Part shown: positions 17,383 through 26,106 of the stretch, piece by piece
Position numbering within the stretch: the stretch's first letter is position 1
Layout: each line of letters opens with the position of its first letter
DNA from: Gaiellaceae bacterium
GTDB taxonomy: Bacteria; Actinomycetota; Thermoleophilia; Gaiellales; Gaiellaceae
Reading direction: 5' to 3'
DNA: 64,000 nucleotides
Assembly (NCBI GenBank): GCA_035554095.1
Contig: DATMIX010000043.1
Coordinates: forward strand, 303 to 64,302
Position numbers and translations under genes: made by a program
The notes under the pieces: generated by a model
The model's database searches: none
Seen by the model: only the letters and a program-made list of their open reading frames with translations
Told to the model about the DNA's origin: nothing

Positions 17383-19311
17383 GTGCGGCGGACTCGTTCC
17401 GATACACACGTGATGCGCGCGTTGTCCTCGCACGCCGCCGTGATCGCGCTCGGCCTCGCAGCGCTCGTCTTCGGTGCGCTCGACCTGCTTGGAGGGGCGG
17501 ACTGGACCGCACTAGCGCTCTTCGCCGCCGCCCTCGTCGTCACGGAGCTGATCGAGGACGCCGACCGGATCCGGACGCGCGAGCCCGTCGATTCCGAGCT
17601 GTTCCGCGTCGACTCTGCACTCCATATCGCCGCGGCCGTCGTGCTCGGGCCCTGGCCGGCCGCGCTGCTCGCCGGCGGCTGCACGCTCGGGATACGGCGG
17701 TTGCGTGGACGCTCGTTCGGGGCGGTGTGCTTCGAGTCGGCGGCCTTGGCGCTCGCCACGCTCGCCGGGGGTTACGCGTTCCTCTGGGCCGGCGGGGAGA
17801 CAAACAGCCTCCAGCTCCTCGGAGACCTCGTTCCTCTCGCCGGCCTCGCACTCGTCTACCTGACGGTTCGCGTTGCGTTGCTGCAGGTCGTCTCCGCGCG
17901 CGAGGCTTTCCAGCCCGACCTCGCGGCCGGCGCCGGCGAGGCGGCACTGGGTGCGGCGATCGCCCTTTTCGCCACGACCAGGCCGTGGAACCTCGTCGCC
18001 CTGGTGCCGCTCGCGCTGGTCGTCCACGTCGTGCACACACGGCTTGCGCGGGTGAGGCGGGAGACGCTGCAGGCGCTCGAGACGTTCGCGAACATCGTCG
18101 ACGAGCGCGACCCGAGCACCTACCAGCACTCCGTCCGCGTCGCCCGGTCGGTCGATGCACTCGCCCGCGCCCTGGGCTTCCCCTTCTCGGACATCGATCG
18201 CCTGCGCTGGGCGGCCCGTCTCCACGATCTGGGCAAGGTCGCCGTCGACGCGTCGTTGCTTCGCAAGGAAGGTCGCCTCGACGGCTCGGAGTGGGCGGCG
18301 ATGCGCCGCCACCCCCGGCTCTCCGCCCGTCTGATGCAGCGCTTCGAGTTCGCCGCCGGCCAGGCGCGGGCCGTCGAGTTCCACCACGAGCGCTACGACG
18401 GGCAGGGCTACTACGGTGTCGACGGTCGGGAATTGCCGCTCGCGTCGCACTTTCTGATCGTCGCGGACAGCTTCGACGCGATGACCACCGACCGGCCGTT
18501 CCGCCCGGCGCTCTCGCACGAGGAGGCGCTCACCGAGCTCGAGCGGAACAGCGGCACCCAGTTCCATCCGACCGTGGCGAAGGCGTTCGTCGCGGTCCAG
18601 CGCGGCGAGGATCCGCGCCGGGTGCTCACCGCGCAGGAGCTCGAGCAGCTTCGCGAGGCCGTGATCCCCTACCGCTTGCCCGGGGTCCCCGGAGCGCGTG
18701 ACCTGAGTGACCGCCCGGAGCTCGTCGCCCTGGGAGGCGTGACGCTCGCGCTCGTCGCCGCGGCGTTCGGCCAGGTCGAGCTCGTGATCGCCGGCGGGGC
18801 GGTGGGCGCGGTCGGCCTCCTGCTCTACGTCGTGCGCACGATCCGTGTCGGCCGGCTCGCCGACGCCGTGCTCGAGGCCGCTGGACACGGCATCGAGCGG
18901 GACGGCTCCTTCGACGCGGTCGCGCCGGTCCTCGCTGAGGGCTGCCAGGCCGACTGGGTCGCCCTCGTCGACTGGCGGGAAGACGGTCTCGGCGGCACGG
19001 TGCGGCGGGAGCTCGGCTCCGGGGCCCCGGCCGAGGCGGCGCTGACGAGCTGGCTCGTCCGCGAGGCCGAGGCGGGCGACGCGCTGCTCTCGACGAGCGG
19101 TTTCGAGCTTCAGAGGAGCGGAATGGTCGTCGCCCTGCCGCTTCGACGGGAGAACAGTGCACTCGTCGGCTTCATCGTGCTCGCACTCCCGCGACGGCTC
19201 GCCGCGCACGCGGAGCTTGCACTCGCCGACACGGCCGATGCTCTCGGCCTGGCGCTCGCTGAGCGGCCGGATCAACCGGTCGAGCAGCCGGGGGTCGTCG
19301 CCGTAGGCTAG
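17383..19311 (+). CDS. Membrane-associated HD-GYP domain protein with a C-terminal GAF-like region
   Basis: About 6 N-terminal hydrophobic helices. The HD-GYP core is HSVRVA...AARLHDLGKV...HHERYDGQGYYG...IVADSFDAMTTDRPF. More hydrophobic helices and a C-terminal sensor-like domain follow. The start is GTG 17383 or ATG 17413. Confidence 0.8.
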   Translation: MRRTRSDTHVMRALSSHAAVIALGLAALVFGALDLLGGADWTALALFAAALVVTELIEDADRIRTREPVDSELFRVDSALHIAAAVVLGPWPAALLAGGCTLGIRRLRGRSFGAVCFESAALALATLAGGYAFLWAGGETNSLQLLGDLVPLAGLALVYLTVRVALLQVVSAREAFQPDLAAGAGEAALGAAIALFATTRPWNLVALVPLALVVHVVHTRLARVRRETLQALETFANIVDERDPSTYQHSVRVARSVDALARALGFPFSDIDRLRWAARLHDLGKVAVDASLLRKEGRLDGSEWAAMRRHPRLSARLMQRFEFAAGQARAVEFHHERYDGQGYYGVDGRELPLASHFLIVADSFDAMTTDRPFRPALSHEEALTELERNSGTQFHPTVAKAFVAVQRGEDPRRVLTAQELEQLREAVIPYRLPGVPGARDLSDRPELVALGGVTLALVAAAFGQVELVIAGGAVGAVGLLLYVVRTIRVGRLADAVLEAAGHGIERDGSFDAVAPVLAEGCQADWVALVDWREDGLGGTVRRELGSGAPAEAALTSWLVREAEAGDALLSTSGFELQRSGMVVALPLRRENSALVGFIVLALPRRLAAHAELALADTADALGLALAERPDQPVEQPGVVAVG

Positions 19312-20192
19312 GTGCGCGCGGGCTCGAGCACGCCGAGGCGCTCGAGGCAGTCGCGGATCTCGGCCTTCTCGTCCTCGCTCGCCTCGACGAGCGGCAGCCT
19401 GACGCCGCCGACGTCGTGTCCGAGCATGTTCAGCGCGGCTTTGATCTGGATCGGGCCCGTGGTCACCCCGAGCAGCTCGTAGGCCGGCCCGAGCTCGCCG
19501 TCGATCCGCTTCGCACCATCGCGGTCTCCGTCGCGGAAGCGGCGAATCTGTTCCTTGACCTGGGGCCCGACGACATGCGTGTGGACGCAGACGCCGCCCG
19601 TGCCTCCGAGCTCGAGGAACGGGTAGACGAGGTTGTCGTCGCCGGCGTACAGGTCGAGCCCGGTCTCGTCGACGATCCACCGCGCCTGGTCGAGGTCGTC
19701 GTTGGCCTGCTTGACGGCCCTCACGTTCGGGATCTCCGCCAGCTCGGCCATCGTCTCGGGGGCGATGTTGATCACCACTCGGCCGGGGATGTTGTAGACC
19801 ATCACGGGCCGGTCGCTCGCCGCCGCAACCGCCTTGAAGTGCTCGACGATCCCACGCGGCGGCGGCTTGTTGTAGTACGGCGTGACGACGAGGAAGCCGT
19901 CCGCGCCGGCCTCGTGCGCCTGCTCGGTCAGATGGATCGAGTGAGCCGTCGAGTTCGTGCCCGTGCCGGCCATGACGGTGGCGCGGTCGCCGATCGCGTC
20001 GACCGCGGCCCGCAGGAGCTCGAGGCGTTCGTCGTCCGTGAGGGTCGGCGACTCGCCCGTCGTCCCGGAGACGACGACGCCGTCGGAGCCGTTGTCGACC
20101 AGGTAGGAGCAGAGATCGCGATAGCGATCGCAGTCCACCCGGCCTTCGGCGTCGAACGGCGTCACGGTCGCCGTCAGGACTTCGCCCAGCAC
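19308..20192 (-). CDS. dapA: 4-hydroxy-tetrahydrodipicolinate synthase
   Basis: Contains TPFDAEGRVD, VVVSGTTGESPTL, AGTGTNST, VVTPYYNKP, YNIPGR and AVKQA. GTG start. Confidence 0.92.
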   Translation of the reverse strand: MLGEVLTATVTPFDAEGRVDCDRYRDLCSYLVDNGSDGVVVSGTTGESPTLTDDERLELLRAAVDAIGDRATVMAGTGTNSTAHSIHLTEQAHEAGADGFLVVTPYYNKPPPRGIVEHFKAVAAASDRPVMVYNIPGRVVINIAPETMAELAEIPNVRAVKQANDDLDQARWIVDETGLDLYAGDDNLVYPFLELGGTGGVCVHTHVVGPQVKEQIRRFRDGDRDGAKRIDGELGPAYELLGVTTGPIQIKAALNMLGHDVGGVRLPLVEASEDEKAEIRDCLERLGVLEPART

Positions 20193-20202
20193 GGGTTCGA
20201 TC

Positions 20203-21009
20203 TTACTGGGAGGACGCGCCGCCGACCGGCTCGTTGAGGACGAGCAGCGTCGTACCGCCGGCGCCTCGCTGCAGCGAGGTCGTGTACCAGTGCGGGCGCG
20301 TGAGGCGTTCGATCGCCGCTTGTTCGCCGGGATCCTCCCGGTCGATCGGCGGAGTCGCGACGAGCGGAAGGGTTTGCGCGAGCGGGCGCTGCAAATTCGC
20401 CCTCACGTCGCTGCGGCGGAGGTAGACGGCCGTCAGGGTCTGGGTGTCCGGCGGCGGGAGGAACGTCACCACCGAGTCCACACCCTTCAGGTACTTCATC
20501 GCGTACAGCGAGAGCTCCACCGCCTCGCGCCGGAGGACGACGTCGTCGACTTGGGCCGCCGGGGGCAAAGCGCACCGTGAGGCGGCGACGCCGCAGAGGA
20601 CGTAGACGAGCGTCCGGTCCGACGGCCGCACCGTCAGGCCGCCCGTCGAGAGACCGTTGTCGGTCGTGTCGCGGGTAGCGATCCCGGACAGCGGGATCGT
20701 GTTGAACTGCGGCGGGTAGGCCTGAACCGCCACGAGCTGCTGGCCCTCGGCGGCGGTGCGGTACTGCTTGGAGACGTGCGTCGCGATCTCGCCGGCGGCG
20801 GCGAACCCGGTCTTGGCCGGCTTCCACGCCGACCACGGCGGGCCGTTGTCGTCGCTGCCGCCGCTCGCAAGAAGCGCGAGCACGAGCAGGCCGCCGCCGA
20901 AGGCGACGACGAGCAGCGCGTACGCGGCGGCGAACCGGCCGCCGAACGGAATCGCCCGCGCCGGGCGCTGGGCCTCGGATCGTCGCGCCGCCCTTACAGC
21001 TTCGGCCAC
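20203..21009 (-). CDS. Hypothetical membrane-anchored protein (one N-terminal TM helix, extracytoplasmic domain)
   Basis: The TM segment is FAAAYALLVVAFGGGLLVLALLA, followed by about 220 aa with no recognised motif. The candidate GTG at 21009 overlaps the FtsH-like stop by 16 nt. The ORF-track extension to 23334 is rejected. Confidence 0.55.
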   Translation of the reverse strand: MAEAVRAARRSEAQRPARAIPFGGRFAAAYALLVVAFGGGLLVLALLASGGSDDNGPPWSAWKPAKTGFAAAGEIATHVSKQYRTAAEGQQLVAVQAYPPQFNTIPLSGIATRDTTDNGLSTGGLTVRPSDRTLVYVLCGVAASRCALPPAAQVDDVVLRREAVELSLYAMKYLKGVDSVVTFLPPPDTQTLTAVYLRRSDVRANLQRPLAQTLPLVATPPIDREDPGEQAAIERLTRPHWYTTSLQRGAGGTTLLVLNEPVGGASSQ

Positions 21010-23408
21010 GCCTCGTCCTTCGTCATGTCCACCTCGGGCACCTGCAGGTTCGCCGAGTCGAGCAGCTCGAGGATCTCGTCGCCGTGCAGCTCGCGGCGCT
21101 CGACGAGGGTGTCCGCCACCTTTTCCACGCCCGCGCGGTTGTGCGCGATCAGGTTGTGCGCCGCGACGTACGCCTGCCCGAGGATCTCGGCCACCAACTC
21201 GCGCTGCTCCTTGTCGCCGAGCACACCCGTGATGGGGTCCTGAGCGAACGGCCCCCCTCCCCCGGTCCGGTTCATGATCTGCGCGCCGATCGCCTGGAAC
21301 CGCTTGGCGATCCTCGCGCGCGTCTGCTCGAAGCTCTCGTCGTCGAATCGTCCGTCCAGCTCGATCGGCTCGGGGCCCATCGCGCAGGCGCCGACCATCC
21401 AGGCCGCACGGGCGGTGGCGCTCTGAACGTCGCCGCCCACGCCGGTCGAGTTCTCGCCGTAGAAGACGCGCTCGGCGGCCATCGCGCCGAGGGCCCACAC
21501 GAGGCGGCCGATCTCCTCGTGCCGCCAGGACGAGAACCGCTCCTCCTTCTCGAGTGCCTGGTGATGGCCGAGCGCAGCGCCGCGGCGGCGGATCGACAGC
21601 CGCGTCGACTCGACCTCCTTCATGTACGCGTGCGCGGCCACGGCGTGGCCCGCCTCGTGGATCGCGACGGCCCGCGTCTCTTCGGGGATGTACTCGATCC
21701 CGATCGCCATGCCGGACTCGATCGTCGTCGTCGCCTCGACGAGGTCGTGCCACTGGAACGCCTCGCGCCCGTCGTGGTGGGCGTAGGTGAGGGCCATCGA
21801 GCAGACCTGCTCGATCATCGCCGGCGAGTAGCCGTTGGTGATGCGGGCGATCTCGTCGCGGCGCTTCGGCGTGTCGAGGTCCTCGTCGTGGTCGACCTTG
21901 TCCAGGTACAGGTCGAAGATGTCCATCCGGTCTCGTTTCGTCGGCGTCTGCAGCCACACGTGTCGTCCCATGCGCCCGGGGCGGGTGAGCGCCGGATCCA
22001 GGGCGTCGAGCGGCACGTTCGTCGCGCCGATGAAGTAGATCTGCTCGTCGCGCGGGTGCGGCGCCGGCAGGCGCAGCGAGACGCGGCCGACGCGGCGCGG
22101 CACGACCCAGACGGCGTCGAGGAAGGTGTTGATCAACCGCGTCGGGACGCGGCGAGAGAGCGGCGGGTTGTCGATCCCGTCCATCACCACGAGCAGCTGG
22201 TTCAGGGCCAGCTGGCCGCCCCCGCCCATCATCCCCGGGAACGCCTGATTGACGATCGCGCCGAACCGGCGCACGAAGCTGGGTGCGGGCTTGGCCGCCC
22301 GCTCGGCGAAGAGCCGCTCGCGCCAGGCGCGCGTCTCGAGGACGAGGTCGCCGGTTGCGGTCAGGGCGCCGTTGGGGCCGTAGAAGCAGAAGTCGTGAAA
22401 GCTTTGGGCCGTGGCGCCGACGGGCTCGTGCCCACCGAGGCTCGCCCGGCGCATCCCGACGGCGTCGATCTCGTCGATGAAGACGATGCACTGGCCGCCC
22501 CACTTCCGCGCGAGCTTCTTCGCCTTGCGGGCGAGGTAGCGGACGATCACGGCGTCCATGCCCATGAAGGTCTGGGCGAAGCCCGAGCCCGGGATCGAGA
22601 CGAAGGGCGAGTTGAACCCCGTCGCGATCGCCTTCGCGAGCATCGTCTTCCCGGTGCCCGGTGCGCCCAGGAAGAGGAGCCCGCGCTCGCGCTTGCCACC
22701 GGCGCGCTCGAACGCCTCGCCGGACTGCCAGAGCGAGACCACGCGCCGCACCTCTTCCTTCGCCTCGGCCTGCCCGCGCACGTCGTCGAGCCGCACGCCC
22801 CAGTCGGCCTCGCCCGGCTCGAACCCCTGGATCTGCATGATCCCCATCAACATCAAGGGACCGAAGAGGATCGCGAAGTTGATCAGCAGCAGCATCGGCA
22901 GCAGCAACAGCTGGATCCAGAGTTGCGGCGAGGAGAACGCGTTCGCGATCGCGCTCCACGCGTCGCCTGCCGTGTCGGAGTAGCTCGGCGACTGGCCCTT
23001 CGCGATTCGGACGAGGTACATCGCCGTGACGATCGTCAGCAGCAGGCCGCCGAAAAAGGCGACCTTGCGGTAGAGCGAACGCCAGGTCCAGGCGCGGCGG
23101 CGCGCCATGGCGTCGTCCGCTCGCAGCTGCGCGTCGTCCGTGCCGAACAGGCTCGGCCACGGGATCATCTTGCGGAGCACGACCTCGACGAGGCCGCGGT
23201 AGGCGGCGACGAGCAGGAACGTCGCGACGAGCGACCAGCCCACGCCCCAGCCGAGGTGGTAGTGCATCCAGACGAAGGCCGCCGGGCTTGTGAGGACGGC
23301 GATCGCCGTCGCCGTTCGGGTCAGGCGCCGCCACTGCAGGCCCAGCTCGCGCGAGGCCTCCTGGCCGCTCGTGATCGGCGAGACGCCGCTCTCGATCCCC
23401 ATGCTCAT
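20994..23408 (-). CDS. Divergent FtsH-family AAA+ zinc metalloprotease
   Basis: Walker A is GAPGTGKTMLAKAIA, Walker B is IVFIDEIDAV, and LTRPGRMGR and the M41 site HEAGHAV are present. About 4 N-terminal TM helices. Large insertions lie inside the AAA module (see findings). Confidence 0.85.
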   Translation of the reverse strand: MSMGIESGVSPITSGQEASRELGLQWRRLTRTATAIAVLTSPAAFVWMHYHLGWGVGWSLVATFLLVAAYRGLVEVVLRKMIPWPSLFGTDDAQLRADDAMARRRAWTWRSLYRKVAFFGGLLLTIVTAMYLVRIAKGQSPSYSDTAGDAWSAIANAFSSPQLWIQLLLLPMLLLINFAILFGPLMLMGIMQIQGFEPGEADWGVRLDDVRGQAEAKEEVRRVVSLWQSGEAFERAGGKRERGLLFLGAPGTGKTMLAKAIATGFNSPFVSIPGSGFAQTFMGMDAVIVRYLARKAKKLARKWGGQCIVFIDEIDAVGMRRASLGGHEPVGATAQSFHDFCFYGPNGALTATGDLVLETRAWRERLFAERAAKPAPSFVRRFGAIVNQAFPGMMGGGGQLALNQLLVVMDGIDNPPLSRRVPTRLINTFLDAVWVVPRRVGRVSLRLPAPHPRDEQIYFIGATNVPLDALDPALTRPGRMGRHVWLQTPTKRDRMDIFDLYLDKVDHDEDLDTPKRRDEIARITNGYSPAMIEQVCSMALTYAHHDGREAFQWHDLVEATTTIESGMAIGIEYIPEETRAVAIHEAGHAVAAHAYMKEVESTRLSIRRRGAALGHHQALEKEERFSSWRHEEIGRLVWALGAMAAERVFYGENSTGVGGDVQSATARAAWMVGACAMGPEPIELDGRFDDESFEQTRARIAKRFQAIGAQIMNRTGGGGPFAQDPITGVLGDKEQRELVAEILGQAYVAAHNLIAHNRAGVEKVADTLVERRELHGDEILELLDSANLQVPEVDMTKDEAWPKL

Positions 23409-23441
23409 CTGGTTAGACGCCTTTCCGGGCCGTTTGTGGGT

Positions 23442-23924
23442 TTACGGCAGTGAATTCGCGCCTCCAGCGGCTTTGGATTCCACGGGCAGCGAGTAGTCGA
23501 GCCACTGCTCCCTGGACGCTCCCACGCGTTCGTAGACCTTCTGAGCGGGGACGTTGTCGAGCGCCGTCTGCCAGGTCAGCTTGCCGGCGCCGTGGGTGAA
23601 GCACTCCTTGCGACAGGCCTCGATCAGCGCCTCGGCGACACCGGTTCCGCGTCCCTCGGGCGCCACGAACAGGTCGTTCATGACCCCGATTCGCTCCGCG
23701 CTGGTCGTCGCCCAGGTCCAGTAGACGGTCGCGAAGCCGATCGCCCGGCCATCGTCGTCGTGGGCGAGGAGTTGCACACCTTCGCGCTCGTGGTCGGCGA
23801 TCAGAGCGCGAGCGAGAGCGAGTAGCGCGTCGTCGGAAGGCGAGACCTCGTAGAAGTCGCAGTAGGCGCGCATCAGCGGCAGGAGCTCCGCCAGGTCACC
23901 TTCCTCGACGCGGCCAATCCTCAC
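23442..23924 (-). CDS. GNAT family N-acetyltransferase
   Basis: 160 aa. The acetyl-CoA motif region is DLFVAPEGRGTGVAEALIEA. GTG start. Confidence 0.8.
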   Translation of the reverse strand: MRIGRVEEGDLAELLPLMRAYCDFYEVSPSDDALLALARALIADHEREGVQLLAHDDDGRAIGFATVYWTWATTSAERIGVMNDLFVAPEGRGTGVAEALIEACRKECFTHGAGKLTWQTALDNVPAQKVYERVGASREQWLDYSLPVESKAAGGANSLP

Positions 23925-23946
23925 GCGGCCGGTACCCCCCTGTCCC

Positions 23947-23977
23947 GACGTCGGACACCGTTACCGGAACGTGACGA
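23947..23977 (+). repeat. 31-nt intergenic element, copy R1a
   Basis: GACGTCGGACACC GTTAC CGGAAC GTGAC GA. It aligns with the three other copies at 24036, 34887 and 34955. Confidence 0.6.
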
Positions 23978-24035
23978 ACCTTCCCCAAACGCAATGCCGG
24001 CGCGGGCCGGCGGCGGCTTCCGAGGCGCCTCGAGC

Positions 24036-24066
24036 GGTGTCGGACACCGTGACTGGAGCGCAACGA
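24036..24066 (+). repeat. 31-nt intergenic element, copy R1b
   Basis: GGTGTCGGACACC GTGAC TGGAGC GCAAC GA. The 13-nt core is a perfect 6-1-6 palindrome. Confidence 0.6.
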
Positions 24067-24111
24067 AGCGCGCACGCCTTCCGAACGGCCACGACGGCAA
24101 CGGACCCGGCC

Positions 24112-24756
24112 TTACTCGCCGAGTAGGCGGTCGAGGCCGACGGTCAGGCCGGGTGGCAACGTCTCCAGCTTCTCGACGGCGAGTAGGACGCCCGGGACGA
24201 ACGCCTCGCGGGACAACGTGTCGTGCCTGATGGTCAGGAGCTGGCCCTCGCCGCCGAGGAGCACCTCCTGGTGCGCGACGAGACCGGGGAGCCGGACCGA
24301 GTGGATCGCCGGATCGCCGGGCATCCTGGCGGCCGTCGCGCGCGCCGTGCCGGAGGGCGCGTCCTTCTTGCCCTCGTGGTGAAGCTCGACGATCTCGCCC
24401 CGTGGGAGATGCTCCGCGGCCTCGGCCGCGAACCGCATCATCAGGACCGCGCCGATCGCGAAGTTCGGCACGACGAGCAGCGGCAGCGATCGATCGCGCG
24501 CGAGCCCGTCGAGCTCCTCGAGCTCGCGCCCACCGACCCCGGACGTGCCGACGATCGCGGGCACACCGGCCTCGAGCGCGGTGCGGACGTTTCCGGCCGC
24601 CGCCCCGGGCTCCGTGAAGTCGAGGGCCGCGTCGGCGCCGTCTACGTCGACCGCCTCCCCGCGCCCGATCCCCCGCACCCGGTGCCCCGCGGCCTCGAGG
24701 GCCGGTGCCACCACGGCCCCCACCTTGCCGCGGTGCCCGAAGAGAACGACGTTCAT
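24112..24756 (-). CDS. dapB: 4-hydroxy-tetrahydrodipicolinate reductase (short form, 214 aa)
   Basis: The N-terminal dinucleotide fold is VVLFGHRGKVG. Also present are DFTEP, IVGTSG, NFAIG, ELHHEGKKDAPSGTA and HSVRLPG. Confidence 0.88.
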   Translation of the reverse strand: MNVVLFGHRGKVGAVVAPALEAAGHRVRGIGRGEAVDVDGADAALDFTEPGAAAGNVRTALEAGVPAIVGTSGVGGRELEELDGLARDRSLPLLVVPNFAIGAVLMMRFAAEAAEHLPRGEIVELHHEGKKDAPSGTARATAARMPGDPAIHSVRLPGLVAHQEVLLGGEGQLLTIRHDTLSREAFVPGVLLAVEKLETLPPGLTVGLDRLLGE

Positions 24757-24762
24757 CAGGAA

Positions 24763-26055
24763 TCACGCGGCTTTGGCCAGCTCAGGATTGACGCGCTGGA
24801 CCGCGGACAGGAAGCGCCGCTCGCTCGGGCCGATCCCGGCCGCCGAGATCTTCTCCGGCGCAAGCAGGACCCCCGCGAGCTCCGCGAGCTCGTCGGCCTC
24901 GACAGCCTCGATCTCGGCGATGATCCGCTCGATCGACACGAGCTCGGTGTCCGAGATCAGCGACTTGCCGAGCCGGCTCATCCGGTTCGACGTCGACTCC
25001 ATCGAGAGCATGATCCGGCCCTTGAGATTCGCCTTCGCCCGCTCGAGCTCGTCGGGCCGGAGGTTGCCCGCTCCGATGTCCTCGATCTGCTCACGCGTGA
25101 TCTCGAGACACTCGCGCAGGTTCTCCTCGCGCGTGCCGATGTAGACGCCCACCTGGCCCGTGTCGGTGTACTGCGAGGCGAAGCTGTAGACGGCATAGGC
25201 CATCCCGCGCTTCTCACGAATCTCCTGGAAGAGCCGCGAGGAAGCCGAGCCGCCGAGGATCCCGTCGAGCAGCGACGCGGTAAAGCGCCGCCGGTCGGAG
25301 CGCGAGATGCCGGGCGCGGCCAGGCAGACGTGGTACTGCTCGGTGTCCTTCCGCTGGAATCGAACGCCGGGCGCCGGAGCCTTCACCAGCGGCCGGCGCA
25401 CGCGGGGCCCTTTCTTCTGGGGTGCTTCCAGTGCCTTCATCTGCGCGCGGTTCAGGAGCTGCAGCAGTGTGTCGTGCTTGACGTTCCCGGCGGCGGCGAC
25501 GACCACGTTTCCCGGGAAGTACATCGCGCGGTGGTAGGACGTGATCGCTCGTCTGCCGAGTGAGGCGATCACGTCGCGCGTCCCGATCACGGGCCGTCCG
25601 AGCGGATGTGACCCGAACGTCGCCTCCTGGATCAGGTCGTGGACGAGCTCCTGCGGCTGATCCTCGTACATCGCGATTTCCTCGAGCACGACCTCCCGCT
25701 CGGCGTCGAGCTCGAGGAACTGAGGCGCGAACACCATCTCGCCCATCACGTCGAGGGCCGTCTGCAGCTCCTCGTCGGGAACCCGGGCGTAGACGACCGT
25801 GTGCTCGCGCGAGGTCGCCGCGTTCAGCTCGCCTCCCAGCGTGTCGAAGACTTCCGCGATCTCCTGCGCGGAGTACGACGCGGTGCCCTTGAAGAGCAGA
25901 TGCTCGATGAAGTGCGAGACCCCCGCACGGTCGGTCTTCTCGTCGCGCGAACCGGCGCCGATCCAGAAGCCGATCGCCACCGAGCGGACGTGGTCGAGCC
26001 GCTCCGAGATCACCCGCTCGCCCGAGTCGAGCTCGCTCAGGACGTACTTCTGCAC
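24763..26055 (-). CDS. M16 family zinc peptidase (MlpA/YmxG-like)
   Basis: Inverted zinc motif HFIEHLLFKGT plus REVVLEEI. 430 aa, GTG start. The position next to pnp matches Bacillus. Confidence 0.85.
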   Translation of the reverse strand: MQKYVLSELDSGERVISERLDHVRSVAIGFWIGAGSRDEKTDRAGVSHFIEHLLFKGTASYSAQEIAEVFDTLGGELNAATSREHTVVYARVPDEELQTALDVMGEMVFAPQFLELDAEREVVLEEIAMYEDQPQELVHDLIQEATFGSHPLGRPVIGTRDVIASLGRRAITSYHRAMYFPGNVVVAAAGNVKHDTLLQLLNRAQMKALEAPQKKGPRVRRPLVKAPAPGVRFQRKDTEQYHVCLAAPGISRSDRRRFTASLLDGILGGSASSRLFQEIREKRGMAYAVYSFASQYTDTGQVGVYIGTREENLRECLEITREQIEDIGAGNLRPDELERAKANLKGRIMLSMESTSNRMSRLGKSLISDTELVSIERIIAEIEAVEADELAELAGVLLAPEKISAAGIGPSERRFLSAVQRVNPELAKAA

Positions 26056-26106
26056 GGCGCGGATCGTAACCCGGGGCAGGCGTGACGCCGCCCCGGGCCG
26101 AGCCTG

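Noticed and set aside
15789-18701. Very long ORFs antisense to, or out of frame with, recognisable genes. Examples are 15789-18701 (+, 970 aa), 21084-23453 (+, 789 aa), 26251-28614 (+, 787 aa), 36922-38775 (+, 617 aa), 41870-43930 (-, 686 aa), 53337-55664 (+, 775 aa) and 25214-27349 (-, 711 aa).
   Set aside because: Their translations are monotonous Arg/Pro/Gly/Ala/Asp strings with no motifs. Each mirrors a gene with unmistakable homology on the other strand or in another frame. Stop-poor alternative frames are expected at about 70% GC.
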